Part shown: positions 20,199 to 29,658 of the stretch, piece by piece
Layout: the number at the start of each line of letters is the position of its first letter
Position numbering within the stretch: the stretch's first letter is position 1
IMG/VR virus record: IMGVR_UViG_3300027754_000035
DNA: 64,000 nucleotides
From: a virus
Taxonomy: Duplodnaviria > Caudoviricetes
Reading direction: 5' to 3' (one strand)
The notes under the pieces: generated by a model
What the model was told of the DNA's origin: nothing
Database searches by the model: none
Seen by the model: only the letters and a program-made list of their open reading frames with translations
Made by a program: the position numbers and the translations under genes

Positions 20199-22094
20199 AT
20201 GAAATTCGAATCAATTATAAACGACGTTTGTTGTGACGATAGAATCAAGGATGGTACTCTGCGCCTTGAAAACCCAGAACACGTATTTGTTTTGCAAGAA
20301 TACTTGGAAAAAGCTGGTTACAACATCAATGAAATTGTAGCCAAGACTGCCAAGTTATTTATTGAAGGTAGATTCCCAGACCGTCAAGCTTATAATAAAG
20401 ATGGTATTCTGGTAACATTTCCAAGCAAAGAATATCGTACCCGAGCCGTAGATAAAGGAACTCACTTTGCAGAAAATCCCAAGAAGAATGCTGGTACTTT
20501 ATATTCACCATCTGATACTGGAGATTTATCAACATCTGATGTTTCGACAGATTCAACCAATACTGATGCCACACCCAAGAAAAAATCTGACACAGTATCT
20601 CTTGACCAAGAGTTGAATAAAAAGGTGGCTGGCGATGTTGATGTTGATAATCGTAGCACCAAGGATAAAGTGCAAGATGCTGAGGCTGTACAAAGTATTT
20701 TAACTACCGCTGCTCCACTGGTAAATTACAGTGTGGATGAAGCAAAAAAATTTGGATTCTACAACAAAGGATTTGATTGGTATGATTGCGATGGAAATCT
20801 ACTAGGTGAGCAAATCTATGATGACTTATCGGGTCAAGTGATGATTCAGGCTGAACGCACTACAACCAACGAAACAAAACCCGCTCCGGCCGGCAAATTC
20901 AAATCAATAGACCTTGAAAACTTCTTAGCATACGAAATTAATAGCTATGCCAAAACAAAGAAGTTTGTTACCCAGAACGCAACTGCACAAATTTTAGCCA
21001 AAAGCTTGGTTGATAAGTATAAAATAAAAGATTGCATAAACCTTGGAAAAACAGGCTGCAAAATTACAAATCCTTTGTTTGCTCAAATCAAAGAAACATC
21101 AAAAACAGATCTTGTTCTGATTGGTAATACAAAAATGCGTGCAAGTTTGAAAGAAAACGGCGCACAAGGTTGCAGCGCACAAAACCGTGAGGTCAACGCC
21201 ATCATTACCACGGTTTTGCAAGAAACCGGAGAAAGCCAGCAAACGATGGAAAGCGTGAGTTCGTTTATCATGGATGGTATCAAACAAAAGTTCTATGTAC
21301 CTTTGCAAGACGAAGTTAAAAGTAAGCTACAAAAAAGTCTTACAAAGGTTATAAATGGTAAAAGCATCGATTCAATCAAAAAAGATATTGCGTCTGTGGA
21401 GTCAATCATCAAGACCAATAAAGATTATGTCATCAACGGAGAAATCCCACTGGACATGACAATGGTGTTGGCCAAGATCAATGAAGTGTTTAACCAACCA
21501 GAAAAGCGTTATATGTTTATCGAAGAAATGCTCACTGGCAAGAGAAGGTTTAGATCTGGTGCCAAGTTGGGTGGAGGTGCGGGTGATGTACAGTGTGTTG
21601 CGGACCATATGATGACTTGGAATCGTGAAGGTAACTATCATCTATACACGGTTCAAGACTTCATCGACAACAATCAAAACAACATCACGTTTAGATTTTC
21701 AAATCGTGGCGGCGACCGAGGCATGGCTGTTCGTAGCGATTTTGCGAACATGTTCAACGAATCTATTCTGGACGAAGGCTTGTTTGACATGCTCAAACAA
21801 GCTGGAGCATCAATCACAAAGTTCTTTTCGGATATTACCACACAAATTTCTTCTTTGTATGGTGAAGCAAAAGCCTATTTCACAAAAGTTTATGAATCGA
21901 TCAAATCTGGACTTGAAAGCATCTATGAAGCCATTCTGAAGTTTGGTCGATTCTTGAAAGAAATTATCAAGGCCGGCTGGGCAACATTTGCAGACTGGGT
22001 GGGTATCGAAAGTGAGGCAACTGGCACTTGGAACAATCTAATGCCAACATCATCGTCATCGGTTTCTGAGCCAGATGTAATTTCACAAGTATGA
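20199..22094 (+). CDS. Hypothetical protein with possible PD-(D/E)xK nuclease-like domain
   Basis: SKTDLVL....MRASLK resembles a restriction-endonuclease-fold active site; start moved to ATG 20199, 4 nt after TATTTATA. Confidence 0.4.
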   Translation: MKFESIINDVCCDDRIKDGTLRLENPEHVFVLQEYLEKAGYNINEIVAKTAKLFIEGRFPDRQAYNKDGILVTFPSKEYRTRAVDKGTHFAENPKKNAGTLYSPSDTGDLSTSDVSTDSTNTDATPKKKSDTVSLDQELNKKVAGDVDVDNRSTKDKVQDAEAVQSILTTAAPLVNYSVDEAKKFGFYNKGFDWYDCDGNLLGEQIYDDLSGQVMIQAERTTTNETKPAPAGKFKSIDLENFLAYEINSYAKTKKFVTQNATAQILAKSLVDKYKIKDCINLGKTGCKITNPLFAQIKETSKTDLVLIGNTKMRASLKENGAQGCSAQNREVNAIITTVLQETGESQQTMESVSSFIMDGIKQKFYVPLQDEVKSKLQKSLTKVINGKSIDSIKKDIASVESIIKTNKDYVINGEIPLDMTMVLAKINEVFNQPEKRYMFIEEMLTGKRRFRSGAKLGGGAGDVQCVADHMMTWNREGNYHLYTVQDFIDNNQNNITFRFSNRGGDRGMAVRSDFANMFNESILDEGLFDMLKQAGASITKFFSDITTQISSLYGEAKAYFTKVYESIKSGLESIYEAILKFGRFLKEIIKAGWATFADWVGIESEATGTWNNLMPTSSSSVSEPDVISQV

Positions 22095-22489
22095 TTCCTC
22101 AAAAACAACTTCTTTGCACATTTTCGACCAGTGATAAATACCTTGATGTTGTCAAAGCAATCGCCGGGGTGTATGAACTGCCCGACAAGAAAATGTTTTT
22201 GTTTGTCAATGAAAAAAATATACGAGAAATTTATTTGACGTTCAACGTGGTCAAAAATCCAGATAGCAAAGTCAAATACCCCAACACCATCAGTGTTCAC
22301 AGAAAAAAGCAAACCAATACGTTGTACACTCTCAACGCCATGAATAGGTTGATTGAGGATGAGAACAATGGTGTGTTTGATAAGAGTTACCAATTAAATT
22401 GGGATTTATATAAAAACAGTATTATACTGACTTCAGATCCTGGTGTGAAAATAGTATCGTTGCGACTGTTTTCTATACTGCCCATTTGA
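22091..22489 (+). CDS. Hypothetical protein upstream of SSB
   Basis: ATGA-coupled ORF; KQLLCTF, VHRKKQTNTLYTLNAMN. Confidence 0.6.
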   Translation: MIPQKQLLCTFSTSDKYLDVVKAIAGVYELPDKKMFLFVNEKNIREIYLTFNVVKNPDSKVKYPNTISVHRKKQTNTLYTLNAMNRLIEDENNGVFDKSYQLNWDLYKNSIILTSDPGVKIVSLRLFSILPI

Positions 22490-22503
22490 TACTTATTTAT
22501 AGC

Positions 22504-22532
22504 TTGACCGCACAGCTACTTAGGTGTAGAGT
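22504..22532 (+). promoter_or_regulatory. Sigma70-like promoter for SSB
   Basis: TTGACC-17 nt-TAGAGT. Confidence 0.55.
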
Positions 22533-22610
22533 GTATCAAGTTAGTTACACTTCCGAGCTTGAGTGAGCTTGGACACTTAACTAATTAACCAGTAAACTAA
22601 TTAACTAATT

Positions 22611-23477
22611 ATGGCATTAAATATTGCACAATTGAAGAGTCGCTTGAACTCACTTTCAAGCCAAAATACCAACAAGAAGTCTGATCTTATTTGGAAACCA
22701 AAGCCAGGTAAGCAAGTTGTTCGTATCGTTCCCTACAAATACAATCCCGAAAATCCATTCATCGAACTCAAGTTCCATTATAACATCAATGGCAAGACTT
22801 ATTTGAGTCCCGATAGTTTTGGTCGTCCAGATCCTATTGTTGAATTTGCAAACCGTTTGAAGAAGACGGGATCGAAGGAAGATTGGTTGATGGGTCGTAA
22901 GATGGAACCCAAGATGCGCACATTTGCTCCCATCATCGTTCGTGGTGAAGAGAGCGAAGGTGTGAAGTTCTGGGGATTCGGAAAGCAAGTTTACCAAGAA
23001 ATTGGTGCGCTGATCCTCGACGGTGAATTTGGTGATATTACTGACGTGGCAAACGGCCGGGACATCACAGTTGAATTCAAGACGGCAGAAGAGTCTGGTA
23101 AGAGTTTCCCAATCACTACTATTCGTCCCCGTGGTACATCAACCACAGCAGTTGATCCGTCAAAGGCTGAGTTGGTGGAAAGCCTCAAGAATCAGACCAA
23201 CATCTTGGACTTGTTCCCAGAGTTGAGCTATGATGAACTCAAGGATGTTATGGACAAGTGGCTGAACCCTGAGACCGGTGAAACCGAAGCTGTGCCTGTG
23301 GTTGTAGCCGATGATGATGTTGATGTTGATGTTGCACCAGTGGCAACGGTCAAGCCAACAGTCAAGCCATCTGCTCCGGTCACTGTTCCTAAGACTGCAT
23401 CCCCAAGTGCAGCAAAGTCAAAGGCCGGTGCTTCTACTGACGTAGAAAAGGCATTTGATGATTTGTTCAACTCCTAA
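22611..23477 (+). CDS. Single-stranded DNA-binding protein (T4 gp32-like)
   Basis: IWKPKPGKQVVRIVPY, FHYNI, GVKFWGFGKQVY, DITDVANGRDI; low-complexity linker and acidic FDDLF tail; first gene of the SSB-RecA run. Confidence 0.8.
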   Translation: MALNIAQLKSRLNSLSSQNTNKKSDLIWKPKPGKQVVRIVPYKYNPENPFIELKFHYNINGKTYLSPDSFGRPDPIVEFANRLKKTGSKEDWLMGRKMEPKMRTFAPIIVRGEESEGVKFWGFGKQVYQEIGALILDGEFGDITDVANGRDITVEFKTAEESGKSFPITTIRPRGTSTTAVDPSKAELVESLKNQTNILDLFPELSYDELKDVMDKWLNPETGETEAVPVVVADDDVDVDVAPVATVKPTVKPSAPVTVPKTASPSAAKSKAGASTDVEKAFDDLFNS

Positions 23478-23491
23478 ATCCAAATAAAAAT

Positions 23492-23521
23492 AGCTGGCGG
23501 AGTTTTTATGCTCCGCCAGCT
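23492..23521. other. Strong stem-loop between SSB and RecA
   Basis: AGCTGGCGGAG-8 nt-CTCCGCCAGCT; no T-run on +, A-run upstream. Confidence 0.6.
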
Positions 23522-23535
23522 GTCTACATATAGTT

Positions 23536-24681
23536 ATGGCAAAAAAATCAAACAACGGCGGAGCGTCTTCCGATAAAGACGACCTAATTGATCTGCTTCA
23601 AAGTGAGCTTAACAAAGCCAATAAAGATGGTGGAAAGATTGCGTACAGGTTGGACGAACAAGATAGTCCAGCAGATGTTACGGATTGGATCAGTACTGGT
23701 TCATCTATGTTGGATCTTGCTATTAGTAATCGACCACATGGTGGTTTACCGGTGGGAAAAATGGTGGAATTCAACGGACTCGAAGGAACAGGAAAATCTT
23801 TGTTGGCAGCACACGTTGTTGCCGATACGCAAAAAAAGAAAGGACTTGCGGTAGTTATTGATACCGAAAATGCAGCCGCTCCCGATTTCTGGAAGAGTTT
23901 GGGTGTTGATCTATCTAAGTTATTGTATGTTCAATGTGAAACCGTTGAAGATATTTTTGATCAGATGGAGCGTATGATTGCAATTGTCAGAAAAAGCAAC
24001 AAGGATCGTATTCTTACAATCATTGTTGACTCTGTGGCAGCAGCATCAACCAAGGCAGAACAAGAAAGTGAGCACGGCAAGGATGGTTATGCAACGGGTA
24101 AGAGCATCATTATTAGTAAGGCGATGCGCAAGATTACAACCATGCTTGGTAAACAGAAAGTACTTATTGTGTACACCAATCAACTACGGCAGAACTTGAA
24201 AGCAATGGCGTTTAGTGATCCGTATATAGTAAGTGGTGGTAAAGCTCTTGCGTATCACTGTAGCGTTCGTGTTCGGTTGAACAATGCAGGCAAACTCAAA
24301 AAAGGTGATGAAGTCATTGGAAATGAGTGCAAAGCTGTGGTTGTAAAAAACAGAATGGGTCCACCACAGAGAATCACAAATTTCGATATCTATTTTGATA
24401 GCGGAATTGCAGATTATAGCAGTTGGATAAAAGTGCTAAAGGATAATAATATTCTCAAGCAAGGTGGTGCGTATTACACGTATGTTAAAAATGATGGCAC
24501 AGATTGGAAGTTTCAAGCAAAAGATTTCATATCAACACTGCGAAACGACAACGCTCTCAAGGAAGAAGTCTACTTGAAGATTTGTGATGCTGTTATTATG
24601 AAATACAAAGATCCAAACAGCAAGATTGTTGAAGATGTTGAATTGTCAACTGACGATGTGTCGGGATTAGAAGAACCGTAA
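23536..24681 (+). CDS. recA: RecA/UvsX recombinase
   Basis: ISTGSSMLDLAI, Walker A GLEGTGKS, IIVDSVAA, YTNQLR, GGKALAYHCSVRVRL, KNRMGPP. Confidence 0.95.
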   Translation: MAKKSNNGGASSDKDDLIDLLQSELNKANKDGGKIAYRLDEQDSPADVTDWISTGSSMLDLAISNRPHGGLPVGKMVEFNGLEGTGKSLLAAHVVADTQKKKGLAVVIDTENAAAPDFWKSLGVDLSKLLYVQCETVEDIFDQMERMIAIVRKSNKDRILTIIVDSVAAASTKAEQESEHGKDGYATGKSIIISKAMRKITTMLGKQKVLIVYTNQLRQNLKAMAFSDPYIVSGGKALAYHCSVRVRLNNAGKLKKGDEVIGNECKAVVVKNRMGPPQRITNFDIYFDSGIADYSSWIKVLKDNNILKQGGAYYTYVKNDGTDWKFQAKDFISTLRNDNALKEEVYLKICDAVIMKYKDPNSKIVEDVELSTDDVSGLEEP

Positions 24682-24687
24682 ACCATC

Positions 24688-25755
24688 ATGAGCGGTTTCA
24701 CTTCCAATGAAAAAAAACGATTGTTCTCTTTGTTTGAGAACGTCAAGGAAGAGATCGGAGTTAACGGACTTCAAAAAACCGTTAACTCCGATGTTCTGCT
24801 GATTGATGGCTTGAATACTTTTATTCGATCTTTCATGGCAATTCCGTCGATGAATGCTGACGGTTTGCATACCGGCGGGATCGCAGGTTTTCTAAAAAGT
24901 GTGGGTTACGCAATTAAGTTGCTTAATCCAACAAGAGTCATTGTTGTGTTTGATGGCAACGGTGGCTCGCAAAAACGTCGCAAGATTTATCCAGACTACA
25001 AAAAGGGTCGTAAGACTCGTATTCGGTTCAACAGAACATATGATGAAATGACCAGTTCTGACATTGAACAGAAAAACATCAGATTGGAACTTTTGCGGTT
25101 GATCAATTATTTGGAGGTTTTGCCGTTGACCACAATGGCAATCGATAATATTGAAGCCGATGATACCATTGCGTATCTATCAGAACAAACATTCAAGGAC
25201 AGCAATGTATTCATTATGTCATCCGACAAGGATTTCTTGCAACTGGCAAGTGACAAGGTGAAATTGTGGAGTCCTACCAAGAAAAAGCTTTTCGGCTGCA
25301 AGGAAATTGTGGACGAGTATGGAATTAGTTGCGGCAACTTCATATATTACAGAGTAATGGAAGGTGATGCCAGCGACAATATTCCGGGTATTGAAGGAGC
25401 GGGAGCCAAGCGAATTCTACAAGCATTCCCGTTTCTTGCTGACGAACGAGTCACTTCTTTGCAGGAAATCTACAACTACGCAGAGAATAATAAAGGTAAA
25501 TACAAACTCTACGAGCGAGTATTGGAAAACAAACTCACGATGGAACGTAACTATGAATTGATGCAGTTGAAAGATACTCAAATTCAAAGTTTCACACAAC
25601 TTCGCATCGAAGAGATCATGCAAAAACCCACACCTCGCATCAACAAACTGGCATTCAGTAAATTGATCAATGAGGATAAAATGTGGAATAACCTACCGAA
25701 TTACAACGTCTGGCTCAGCGAGACGTGGGGCAAGGTTAACAGCTTCGTGCTGTAA
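24688..25755 (+). CDS. 5'-3' exonuclease/flap endonuclease (T4 RNase H-like)
   Basis: LLIDGLN, VVFDG, YKKGR, EADDTIA, SSDKDFLQL, GDASDNIPGIEGAG. Confidence 0.9.
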   Translation: MSGFTSNEKKRLFSLFENVKEEIGVNGLQKTVNSDVLLIDGLNTFIRSFMAIPSMNADGLHTGGIAGFLKSVGYAIKLLNPTRVIVVFDGNGGSQKRRKIYPDYKKGRKTRIRFNRTYDEMTSSDIEQKNIRLELLRLINYLEVLPLTTMAIDNIEADDTIAYLSEQTFKDSNVFIMSSDKDFLQLASDKVKLWSPTKKKLFGCKEIVDEYGISCGNFIYYRVMEGDASDNIPGIEGAGAKRILQAFPFLADERVTSLQEIYNYAENNKGKYKLYERVLENKLTMERNYELMQLKDTQIQSFTQLRIEEIMQKPTPRINKLAFSKLINEDKMWNNLPNYNVWLSETWGKVNSFVL

Positions 25756-25786
25756 TTGTAAATTGTAAATTCAAACTTCATATACG

Positions 25787-25815
25787 TTGCACACAGCAAG
25801 CCTGTGGTGTACAGT
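25787..25815 (+). promoter_or_regulatory. Sigma70-like promoter for helicase
   Basis: TTGCAC-17 nt-TACAGT, then an A/C-rich leader. Confidence 0.45.
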
Positions 25816-25853
25816 AACTAACATACGGTAACACAAGAACAAAAACAAAGAAA

Positions 25854-27242
25854 ATGAACGATACGCACATCATCGATAACTTAAAGAAATTTGGAAATGA
25901 ATTCCAGATCAAATGCATCTCCGGCTTAGTCAGTGACCGACCATTTATTGAACGTCTAGCAGACCTCGTTGAACCAGACTTTTTTGAAACCGATGCACAC
26001 AAGTGGATTGTGAAAGAGAGTATTAAGTATTTCAACGAATACCGCGATCTACCAACACTGAATGTTTTCAAGGTAAAAATGGATACCTTGACAAATGATG
26101 TGTTGAAGCAAAGCATTGTCAACAACCTCAAAGTTGTTTATATGAAGATGAATGATGGTGATCTTACATTCATCAAAGAGCAATTCCTTGAATTCTGTAA
26201 GAATCAGAAGCTCAAAATGGCAATCAGCGAAAGTATGGATTTGCTTGTCACGGGTGAATATGAAAAGATCAAGAGCAAAGTTGACGAAGCTTTGAAGGCT
26301 GGTATGGAGCGTAATCTGGGACATGCTTATGATGAAGATGTTGATAAGCGCATGTCTGTTATGGCTCGTAACGCAATCAAAACTAATTGGGAAGTTATTG
26401 ATAACTTGATGGATGGTGGACTTGGGCCGGGTGAACTTGGCATTATCACAGCGTGTGCGGGCAGTGGTAAATCGTGGGTTCTCAGCAAGATTGGTGCTGA
26501 AGCCATGAAGCAAGGCAAGAACGTTCTCCATTTCACTTTGGAATTGAATGAAAACTACGTGGGTCTGCGTTACGATGCTTGTTTCACTGGTATTGATTTC
26601 CAAAATATTCGCAACAATGTTGATATTGTCAAGCAGAAAATTGGCGAAGTTTCTGGTAAATTGAAGATCAAGTATTTTCCAATCAAGACCGTATCTGCAA
26701 ACAGCCTCAAGAATCATTGTGAGCGGATTCAAACACTGGGCACAAAAATTGATTTGATTATTGTTGATTATGCTGATATTTTGAGACCAATGCACAGTGA
26801 GCGCAACAGCAACAGTTACAGTGAAGCTGGTGGCATTTATGAAGAACTGCGTGGTGTTGCTGGTGAATTGCAAGTTCCTATTTGGAGTGCATCTCAAAGC
26901 AATCGTGCGGCAATGGACGAAGACATTATTCAAGCCAACAACATTGCTGATAGCTATCGTAAAATTATGACCGCCGATTTTGTTATGAGCTTGAGCCGTA
27001 AGGTGCAAGATAAGGTAGCTAACACAGCACGATTCCATATTATTAAGAATCGTTTTGGACCTGATGGTTTGACGTTCCCAAGCAAAATGAATGCTGGCTG
27101 TGGTCACATTGAAATTTTTGCAGAAAATAGCCGAGAAGGTGTTGCTCTTCAAAATGAAATGATGAATGGTGAAAACCAAGTCAAGAGTGTATTGAAGAAT
27201 AAGTGGAACGCACATAGCAGTTCCGAGGATGCTGACGAATAA
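25854..27242 (+). CDS. dnaB: DnaB-like replicative helicase (T4 gp41-like)
   Basis: GGLGPGELG, Walker A AGSGKS, FTLEL, IIVDYADIL, WSASQSNR, IADSYRKIMTADF, IKNRFG. Confidence 0.93.
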   Translation: MNDTHIIDNLKKFGNEFQIKCISGLVSDRPFIERLADLVEPDFFETDAHKWIVKESIKYFNEYRDLPTLNVFKVKMDTLTNDVLKQSIVNNLKVVYMKMNDGDLTFIKEQFLEFCKNQKLKMAISESMDLLVTGEYEKIKSKVDEALKAGMERNLGHAYDEDVDKRMSVMARNAIKTNWEVIDNLMDGGLGPGELGIITACAGSGKSWVLSKIGAEAMKQGKNVLHFTLELNENYVGLRYDACFTGIDFQNIRNNVDIVKQKIGEVSGKLKIKYFPIKTVSANSLKNHCERIQTLGTKIDLIIVDYADILRPMHSERNSNSYSEAGGIYEELRGVAGELQVPIWSASQSNRAAMDEDIIQANNIADSYRKIMTADFVMSLSRKVQDKVANTARFHIIKNRFGPDGLTFPSKMNAGCGHIEIFAENSREGVALQNEMMNGENQVKSVLKNKWNAHSSSEDADE

Positions 27243-27247
27243 TGCAT

Positions 27248-27324
27248 AGTCTGGCGATGCTAAAAGTTTAATAAAAAAATTAAAAAAACTGCTGATTAAA
27301 CATCAACATCGCCAGACTCAGCAG
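27248..27324 (+). other. Structured intergenic element upstream of nrdA
   Basis: 12-bp inverted repeat 27248-59/27307-18, inner 7-bp stem 27266-72/27295-301, alternative 7-bp pairing 27289-95/27318-24. Confidence 0.45.
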
Positions 27325-27352
27325 ATAGTTATTTACCACCATCGAATAGATT

Positions 27353-29647
27353 ATGAACAAAGAAATTTTTATCAAAAAACGCAGCGGAAAAGTTGAAAAG
27401 TTTAATGCAGACAAAATCAACAAGATTCTGCAATGGGCTACAGAAGATATAAAAGGTGTAAGTTTTGAAGAAGTTGCTATGAATGCCCATCTGTCATTTT
27501 TTGATGGTATGAGCAGCAAGAATATTCACACAATGCTCACTGAGGCAGCATCCAATCTTATCAGTGAGGAAAAATCCAACTATCAATTTGTAGCAGCACG
27601 ATTGTTGAACTATCAGTTGCGCAAGGAAGTTTGGGGTGGTAAGAATCCTCCAAAGCTATATGATCTTGTCAAGGATAACATATCTCACTTGGTGTATGAT
27701 GATGCAATTCTGAATTGGTATACTAAACAAGAGTTTGATAAACTTGATGAATATCTTAAGCATGATCGTGATTTGAATTTTGCGTATGCTGGTATCAAAC
27801 AACTATGTGACAAATATCTTGTACAAAATCGTAGCACCAAGAAAATCTATGAAACTCCACAGTTTGCATACATGTTGATTGCTATGACCTTCTTTAAGGA
27901 TTATAAGGAGCACCGCCTTGAATATGTGAAGCGAGCATACAACTACTTTAGTAAACATAAAATCAATCTACCCACGCCAATCATGGCGGGTGTACGAACA
28001 GCAATGAAAAGTTATGCTTCATGCTCTCTTTTCACTGTGGACGACACACTACACAGTATATTTGCTAACAACAGTGCGGTAGGATTCGCAACCGCAAGTA
28101 GGTATGGTATTGGACTCAATTTGAGCCGTCTACGTGCCACTAACGCACCCATTCGTAATGGTGAAGTGATTCATACAGGTCCTATTCCATTTGCCAAAGC
28201 ATTTGAGTCAACCGTGAAGTGTTGTCACCAGAATGGTATTCGTGGTGGAAGTGCAACTGTAAACTTTGCATGGTTCCATTACGATATCATGGACATTCTG
28301 GTGTTAAAGAACAACGCTGGTACTGATGACAACCGAGTTCGTAAGTTGGACTACTGTGTTGGATTAGATAAACTAATCTTTGAACGTTTTTTGAAGAATC
28401 AAGATGTAACATTATTTAGTTATCATGAATGCCCATCGTTGTGGAATACTTTCGGATTGGAAGGATTCAAGGAAAAGTATGAGAAGGCTGAAGCCAATAA
28501 AAATCTCAAATTTAAGAAAAAAATACCTGCCCGTGAATTGATTGGTCTTCTTGCCAAGGAACGTCTGGAAACAGGCCGCATCTATACGATGTTTGTGGAT
28601 CACGCAAATGAACATGGAAGCTGGCTTGACCAAGTGGATACGAGTAACCTGTGCCTAGAAGTCAACCATCCTTTGATTCCTATTAGTGATGTTAATGATC
28701 CAAATGGTGAAATTGGCGTTTGTATTCTTGCGGCAGTGAATTGGCTCGAAATTGCATCTGAACAAGAAATGGAGAGTGTTTGTGATATTATTGTCAGAAT
28801 GCTTGATTCTTTGATTGAACACCAAAATTACTTTGTTCCAGCCGCCGAGAATTTTGCCAAGAAACGTCGCAGTCTTGGTGTTGGTGTTTCCAACTTGGCT
28901 GCTCTTCTTGCCAAGGAGGGTTTGAAGTATTGGGATCCCAAGGCTCCCAACTTTGTTGCCAAGTGGATGGAAATGATGAGTTTCTATTTGATCAAGGCTA
29001 GTGTTGAAATGGCAAAAGAACTTGGTAAGTGTGAGAAGTTTGATAGAACCAAGTTTAGTCAAGGTATTCTTCCAATTGATACTTATAAGAAAGACGTTGA
29101 TGAATTCATCACTGAACCTCTACATATGGATTGGGAAGGCCTGCGTAGCGACATCAAGCAGCACGGTATGCGGCACAGTACATTGACAGCGTGTATGCCG
29201 GTGGAATCGAGCAGCGTTATACAGAGTAGTACCAATGGTATTGAACCTCCACGTAGTGCCATCAGTTTCAAGGGAAGCAAAAGCAATATTTTACCAGTGG
29301 TAATTCCCAACATTGATAAATATAAGAACAATTATACTTTTGCATTTGATATGCCAAGTAACGAAGGTTATCTAAAGGTTGCAGCGGCAATTCAAAAGTT
29401 TACTGATATGAGCATCAGTACAAATACATACTATATTCCATCTCGCTATGAAAAGAATGCGGTACCTGTAGAGACTGTGATCAAAGACATGCTTTTGGCC
29501 TATAAGTACGGACTCAAGAATTTGTACTATGCAAACACTGATGATGGTGATAAGCAAAGTGCGATGGAACAAAAAGCAGTTGTGGAAAAACTACAACCAA
29601 AGCTGGAGCAAGAAAGTGGTTGTGAAAGTGGTGCCTGTGCCCTATAA
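27353..29647 (+). CDS. nrdA: Ribonucleotide reductase class Ia alpha subunit with ATP cone
   Basis: IKKRSGKVE ATP cone, PTPIMAG, SCSL, SNLCLE, GVCILAA, MPVESSS, LKNLYY, C-terminal CESGACAL. Confidence 0.96.
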   Translation: MNKEIFIKKRSGKVEKFNADKINKILQWATEDIKGVSFEEVAMNAHLSFFDGMSSKNIHTMLTEAASNLISEEKSNYQFVAARLLNYQLRKEVWGGKNPPKLYDLVKDNISHLVYDDAILNWYTKQEFDKLDEYLKHDRDLNFAYAGIKQLCDKYLVQNRSTKKIYETPQFAYMLIAMTFFKDYKEHRLEYVKRAYNYFSKHKINLPTPIMAGVRTAMKSYASCSLFTVDDTLHSIFANNSAVGFATASRYGIGLNLSRLRATNAPIRNGEVIHTGPIPFAKAFESTVKCCHQNGIRGGSATVNFAWFHYDIMDILVLKNNAGTDDNRVRKLDYCVGLDKLIFERFLKNQDVTLFSYHECPSLWNTFGLEGFKEKYEKAEANKNLKFKKKIPARELIGLLAKERLETGRIYTMFVDHANEHGSWLDQVDTSNLCLEVNHPLIPISDVNDPNGEIGVCILAAVNWLEIASEQEMESVCDIIVRMLDSLIEHQNYFVPAAENFAKKRRSLGVGVSNLAALLAKEGLKYWDPKAPNFVAKWMEMMSFYLIKASVEMAKELGKCEKFDRTKFSQGILPIDTYKKDVDEFITEPLHMDWEGLRSDIKQHGMRHSTLTACMPVESSSVIQSSTNGIEPPRSAISFKGSKSNILPVVIPNIDKYKNNYTFAFDMPSNEGYLKVAAAIQKFTDMSISTNTYYIPSRYEKNAVPVETVIKDMLLAYKYGLKNLYYANTDDGDKQSAMEQKAVVEKLQPKLEQESGCESGACAL

Positions 29648-29658
29648 TAAAAAATAAC

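Noticed and set aside
25778-26131. Minus-strand ORF across the helicase start
   Set aside because: Shadow ORF overlapping the promoter and 5' end of dnaB.
26049-27215. 388-aa antisense ORF over the helicase
   Set aside because: Fully overlaps a clear DnaB gene, has no motifs, and is explained by codon bias leaving the opposite frame open.
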